The position numbers and the translations under genes are program-made. From the human T2T-CHM13v2.0 reference genome, Homo sapiens: a stretch of DNA of 64,000 nucleotides. Numbering within the stretch: the first letter of the stretch is position 1; every line of letters starts with the position of its first letter. Of the stretch, positions 59,221 through 64,000 are shown in pieces. Location: assembly GCF_009914755.1 (NCBI RefSeq), contig NC_060943.1. One strand, written 5' to 3'. The notes beneath the pieces were generated by a model. That model was not told where the DNA came from, did no database searches, and saw only the letters and a program-made list of their open reading frames with translations.

Positions 59221-59412
59221 TGGGCCGCCTGGCCGGCCTGGACGCAGGCCTGCACCAGCTGCACGTCCGTCTGCACGCGTTGGACACCCGCGTGGTCGAG
59301 CTGACCCAGGGGCTGCGGCAGCTGCGGAACGCGGCAGGCGACACCCGCGATGCCGTGCAAGCCCTGCAGGAGGCGCAGGGTCGCGCCGAGCGCGAGCACG
59401 GCCGCTTGGAGG
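59221..59412 (+). CDS. CLEC11A: CLEC11A exon 3 (leucine zipper/coiled coil, LDT motif)
   Basis: CGCAG|TG acceptor, AGG|GTGAGT donor, 192 nt. Confidence 0.96.
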
Positions 59413-59832
59413 GTGAGTCCGCGGCGCGCGGGGTGGAAAAAAATGAGACTATCTGGGCCAGGAATGGGACTGGTTGAGAAGGTGACCCTAGGTGTCCGGG
59501 GCGGGAGAGTTCGGGAGAGCTGCTGTGTGCTAGCGGACGGGGTTAGAGAGCTGGGAGGCTGAATGCAGGGAGCGGGTGGGCACTCCAGACCCGCGCGGAC
59601 CCGACTGGGGCAGCACCACGCCCCCTACAGTCCAGCTCCCACCGCCTGGCCCCGCCCCTGGCGGACCAGACTCTCCACCTCCTGGCTCCCGCGGTTCTGA
59701 CCACGCCTCCTCCCAGCCCTCCCCATGAGTTCCTGGCCCCGCCTCCCTCCACCCCCGGATGTTTTGTCCTCGCCCCCTTCCAGACTCTGAATGCATGACC
59801 CCGCCTCCTTCTCTACCCGGCCCCGCCCACAG

Positions 59833-60278
59833 GCTGCCTGAAGGGGCTGCGCCTGGGCCACAAGTGCTTCCTGCTCTCGCGCGACTTCGAAGCTCAGGCG
59901 GCGGCGCAGGCGCGGTGCACGGCGCGGGGCGGGAGCCTGGCGCAGCCGGCAGACCGCCAGCAGATGGAGGCGCTCACTCGGTACCTGCGCGCGGCGCTCG
60001 CTCCCTACAACTGGCCCGTGTGGCTGGGCGTGCACGATCGGCGCGCCGAGGGCCTCTACCTCTTCGAAAACGGCCAGCGCGTGTCCTTCTTCGCCTGGCA
60101 TCGCTCACCCCGCCCCGAGCTCGGCGCCCAGCCCAGCGCCTCGCCGCATCCGCTCAGCCCGGACCAGCCCAACGGTGGCACGCTCGAAAACTGCGTGGCG
60201 CAGGCCTCTGACGACGGCTCCTGGTGGGACCACGACTGCCAGCGGCGTCTCTACTACGTCTGCGAGTTCCCCTTCTAG
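59833..60278 (+). CDS. CLEC11A: CLEC11A exon 4, coding part (C-type lectin domain, ends YYVCEFPF*)
   Basis: CACAG|GC acceptor; VWLG, QPNGG-ENC, WWD motifs; total CDS 972 nt = 323 aa. Confidence 0.97.
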
Positions 60279-60497
60279 CGGGGCCGGTACCCCGCCTCCC
60301 TGCCCATCCCACCACCCGGCCTTTCCCTGCGCCGTGCCCACCCTCCTCCGGAATCGCCCTTCCCTTCCTGGCCACGAATGGCAGCGTCCTCCCCGACCCC
60401 CAGTCTGGGCGCTTCTGGGAGGGCTCTTGCGGTGCCGGCACTCCTCCTTGTTAGTGTCTTTCCTTGAAGGGGCGGGCACCAGGCTAGGTCCGGTGCC

Positions 60498-60503
60498 AAT
60501 AAA
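60498..60503 (+). terminator. CLEC11A: CLEC11A polyadenylation signal AATAAA
   Basis: Canonical hexamer 220 nt after the stop codon. Confidence 0.85.
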
Positions 60504-61154
60504 TCCTTGTGGAATCTGACTTGAGGGGCAGTGAAGGCAGTCTTGGACTTTATCTCCTGCAGGGGAAGCCGGGAAGGGCCAGACCCTGGTCTTTGGGCGC
60601 GTGTCCTGGCCTTTGGATGCCTGTTCTGCTTTTTACAGATGTCATTTGAGCCCCAGATGGAGTGATGGAGAAACACAGGTGCATATGTACACACGGTCAT
60701 CTGTTCTGTGCACAGATGGCCGGAGTACACGCGTACAAACGCTGTAGACACCTTCACCTCCATCGTGCCCTCTCTCTCGGCCTTTGGGACCCAGGGCCTG
60801 CCAGTTGTCCCAGGCCTTGGTCTTGGTCCTGGTCAAAGAGATTTGGGAAACGTGAAGGGGCTAAAGGCTCTGACAAGTCCGGCAGGAAAGAGCCCGTTTA
60901 ATTTGTTTAAGTGGCGTGTCCAATTTGTTTCCCCAGATGATATGGTTTCATGGACTTGTTGGGATGATATATTGAGACATGGACTTAAGGACTCACCCAA
61001 CCCTGAAGCTTAGACTTCCTCCCAATTTTCCCTCCTCTGCTTCCTGCCAATGAGGCCAGGAGCCAGTCCCTTCCCCTCTGTGAGCCTCGGGTTTTTCATC
61101 TGAACGTGGGCACAATCCCTCCTACTTTGTGCGGCTCTTGGGATGTTCAGGTGA

Positions 61155-61518
<364 letters not shown>

Positions 61519-63189
61519 CTCCCTCACCATTTTTCATACCTTTACTCCCTGGGGGCAGTGAAGACACCCAGGAGTCCGCCAGCCGGGGCCTCAGCATAGT
61601 GGCCAGCTCTGTCTAGAGGAGAGGCTCTTTGGAAATCACCCTAGTACCTCCCCCAAGGTTGGCATCATGGGCGTGACCCTGACATCAGGGAGCCTAGGAA
61701 TGGGGATGTGACCCTGTCTGTCCTTACCACTCTGCCCCTTCCCTTCCTTCAGCCATTGCACCACTGCCTAAAGGGTCACCATTGGATCCACACATGGGAG
61801 GAGCAAGCCATCACTGTCAGCTTGGATAGAGGGGAGATCACCCACCCTTCTCCCTTCAGGAGACATTTCTCAGCCCCACATCCCCAGAGGAATACAGAAT
61901 AGGAGAGTGGGGGTGTGGCCTGGAGTCAGCCTTCCATCAGAAATTCTTCTCATGCTGAGCTTCAGTTTCCCCGGGGAGGGATAGGCAGCCCTAGATCTTA
62001 TAGCCAACCAGAGGTCAGATTAGGCAGACAATGATGAGTATCTATTATTTCCCAGAGGGGTCTCTGCCCTGGCAGAGCTTCCATTCTGGAAAGTATTTGG
62101 GCATGGTACACCATGGCTACCCGCCCAGATTCTAGAGCCAGATGGCCCAGGTTCCAATCCTACCTCAGCCACTTATCTTCTGGGAGAACCTGAGTGAGAC
62201 ATAACCTTGCTACTTCTCAGTGTCTCCATCTGTACTGTGGGGATAATAACAGTATTGATCTAGAATAGTACCAGACACAGAGGGGTCTTTGCAGTTCCCA
62301 GATCTGAGCTTCACCAGGGCAATTCAACCTCACCTTCATCTCTCTGTACTCTCTCCTGACACTGTGCTTTTGTATATGCAAAGATCTCCATCCTCCCTCC
62401 TCTCTAGGGTAAACACCCACTTCCAAGAATTGGATAACACATCACCCCAACAACCAGCCCTTCCCCCAGCCCCTTGCGGGGTTAGGGATCCCCTTTGGTA
62501 TCCACAAACCCCTTGTTCCTCTCTTGACCCAGCCCTGATCAGACAGGCTGAGGGACACTCCAGGTGCGTGGGGGAGGGCAGGACAAGGTATGACTATCTC
62601 TGTCCCCAGCATCGCCTGGCACATGGGAGCCCTTTGAATGAAGATGCTTGTGTGGCATCATGCAGGGGACCCTGAGATGAGTCGGATCTCGGCTGCTTTT
62701 CCTCCCTGGCCTCCCCAAGGCTGGGTGAGGCACCTTCTCTAGTTTCCCGTAGGGTCCAGGGCTTTCCACATCACTTTAGGTGCCACTGTCTGGTCTGACA
62801 GACAATGTCTGTCTCCCTGGCAGGGCCTGGAGCTATCATACCAAGCACAGGGCCAGCTGTGGGCATGCAGAGAGAGAGGTCTGAAGTGGGGAGTGGCGTG
62901 CCTGCAAGGACGGTTTATGCATCAGAACAGCACGCCTATATGTGGCATTCGGTGCTGATTCCTGACTCTGGTCTGCGTGGGAAACCTACTCTCTCCTCCA
63001 GGAAGCCCCCCCAGACTTCCTGCGGGCCAGAGTTTGCCAATGTCCTCTCCCTGGCTCTCTGCGGAGCGCTGGTAGTGTGCAAGGCCAGAGCCATGGACCA
63101 GGGGAGGCCTCGGCAGCTGATTGGAATAGATGCATTAAGGGATCCCAGGGAAGTAGTAGAACAAGGGCAGGAGGCCTGGGATGATTCGA

Positions 63190-63530
63190 CGGAGGAGGAA
63201 GAACCAGCGGCCGCACGGGCTTGCAGGGCGATAAAGCCCAGGAGGCCGAGCAGCAGGCGCATCACCGCCTTACCAGCACCACGTTTTTCCGCAGTAACCG
63301 GATGACTCCTACGGGTCACCTCGCAAGCCCCGCCCCCTCCTCCCATGTGAGGTTCGCCTGCCTTTCCCCGCAAGCCTGAGGGCCACGCCTTGGCGGTGAG
63401 GTCGGAGCTCCGCAGTCTCCAATCAGAGCTCAGACCCCTCCTCTCCACCCAGGCCTCGCCCCGAGGTACTCTGGAAAATGTAGTCCTGTCACGCGCCCAC
63501 GGGTAGGAAAACCCCAAGTCGCGAAGCCTT
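63190..63530 (-). promoter_or_regulatory. Orphan CpG-rich promoter-like element (ZNF143/THAP11-type motif, CCAAT, GC box, first-exon donor)
   Basis: Minus-strand ACTACATTTTCCAGAGTACCTCG ~63462-63484, CCAAT 63419-63423, CCCCGCCCC 63328-63336, donor CTG|GTAAGG at 63274. Confidence 0.6.
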
Positions 63531-63792
63531 AACATTCAACTCACGTTTGGATCTCTCAGACGAGAGTTTTTCAAAACAGGTGCATTTCCTTGGGTAGATC
63601 ATAACCACTTTTTAAAAAGTGAAAAAAGTTCGTATGAAATATTAGTATCATAGAAAATGGTAAGACGCTTTTCAAAATTTAAACGTCGATATGCTGAATT
63701 AACAATATAAAATTCAATATAAAATTTCTTTGTGGCTAACCACTGGTCCAAACCAACTTAGTTTCTTTCTTTTCTATTTATTTTCAGGTTCT

Positions 63793-63946
<154 letters not shown>

Positions 63947-64000
63947 TAAAAATAAACAAAAACAAAAAACAAAAAAACCAGACAATTTTAATTTGGAAAT

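Larger units (their letters stand above)
59220..60440. promoter_or_regulatory. CpG island over CLEC11A exons 3-4
   Basis: High CpG density; several GC boxes in intron 3. Confidence 0.75.

Overview
Primate (human-like) GC-rich, Alu-dense genomic DNA that I recognise as the SHANK1-CLEC11A locus (human 19q13.33). SHANK1 lies on the minus strand. It has a non-coding first exon in a CpG island (~54216-54610) and an ATG at 51729. I mapped 22 coding exons by GT-AG boundaries down to the 3094-nt proline-rich exon (914-4007). They splice in frame (5768 coding nt) through the SPN, ankyrin, SH3, PDZ and proline-rich regions. The last (SAM) exon is beyond position 1. Exon numbers are mine and count the non-coding exon as 1. 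There are two in-frame microexons (27 nt and 24 nt) and two alternative PDZ-first N-termini. CLEC11A (osteolectin/SCGF; 4 exons, 323 aa) lies head-to-head on the plus strand at 58337-60278. The rest is Alu, L2, LTR33-like, MER20/Charlie/Tigger repeats, two G-rich minisatellites and microsatellites. I see no wholly new gene system. The most interesting layer is regulatory: an internal SHANK1 promoter with tandem RE1/REST sites, a uORF 'TGATG' switch in the 5'UTR, a CCAAT/CRE/GC-box island with a candidate poison exon between two repeats in intron 21, a potential stop-free ankyrin circRNA, a stop-free 3n intron, a 234-nt exitron-like segment in CLEC11A, and an orphan ZNF143-type promoter with a signal-peptide-like ORF at the right end. 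Repeat family names and boundaries are by eye and approximate.
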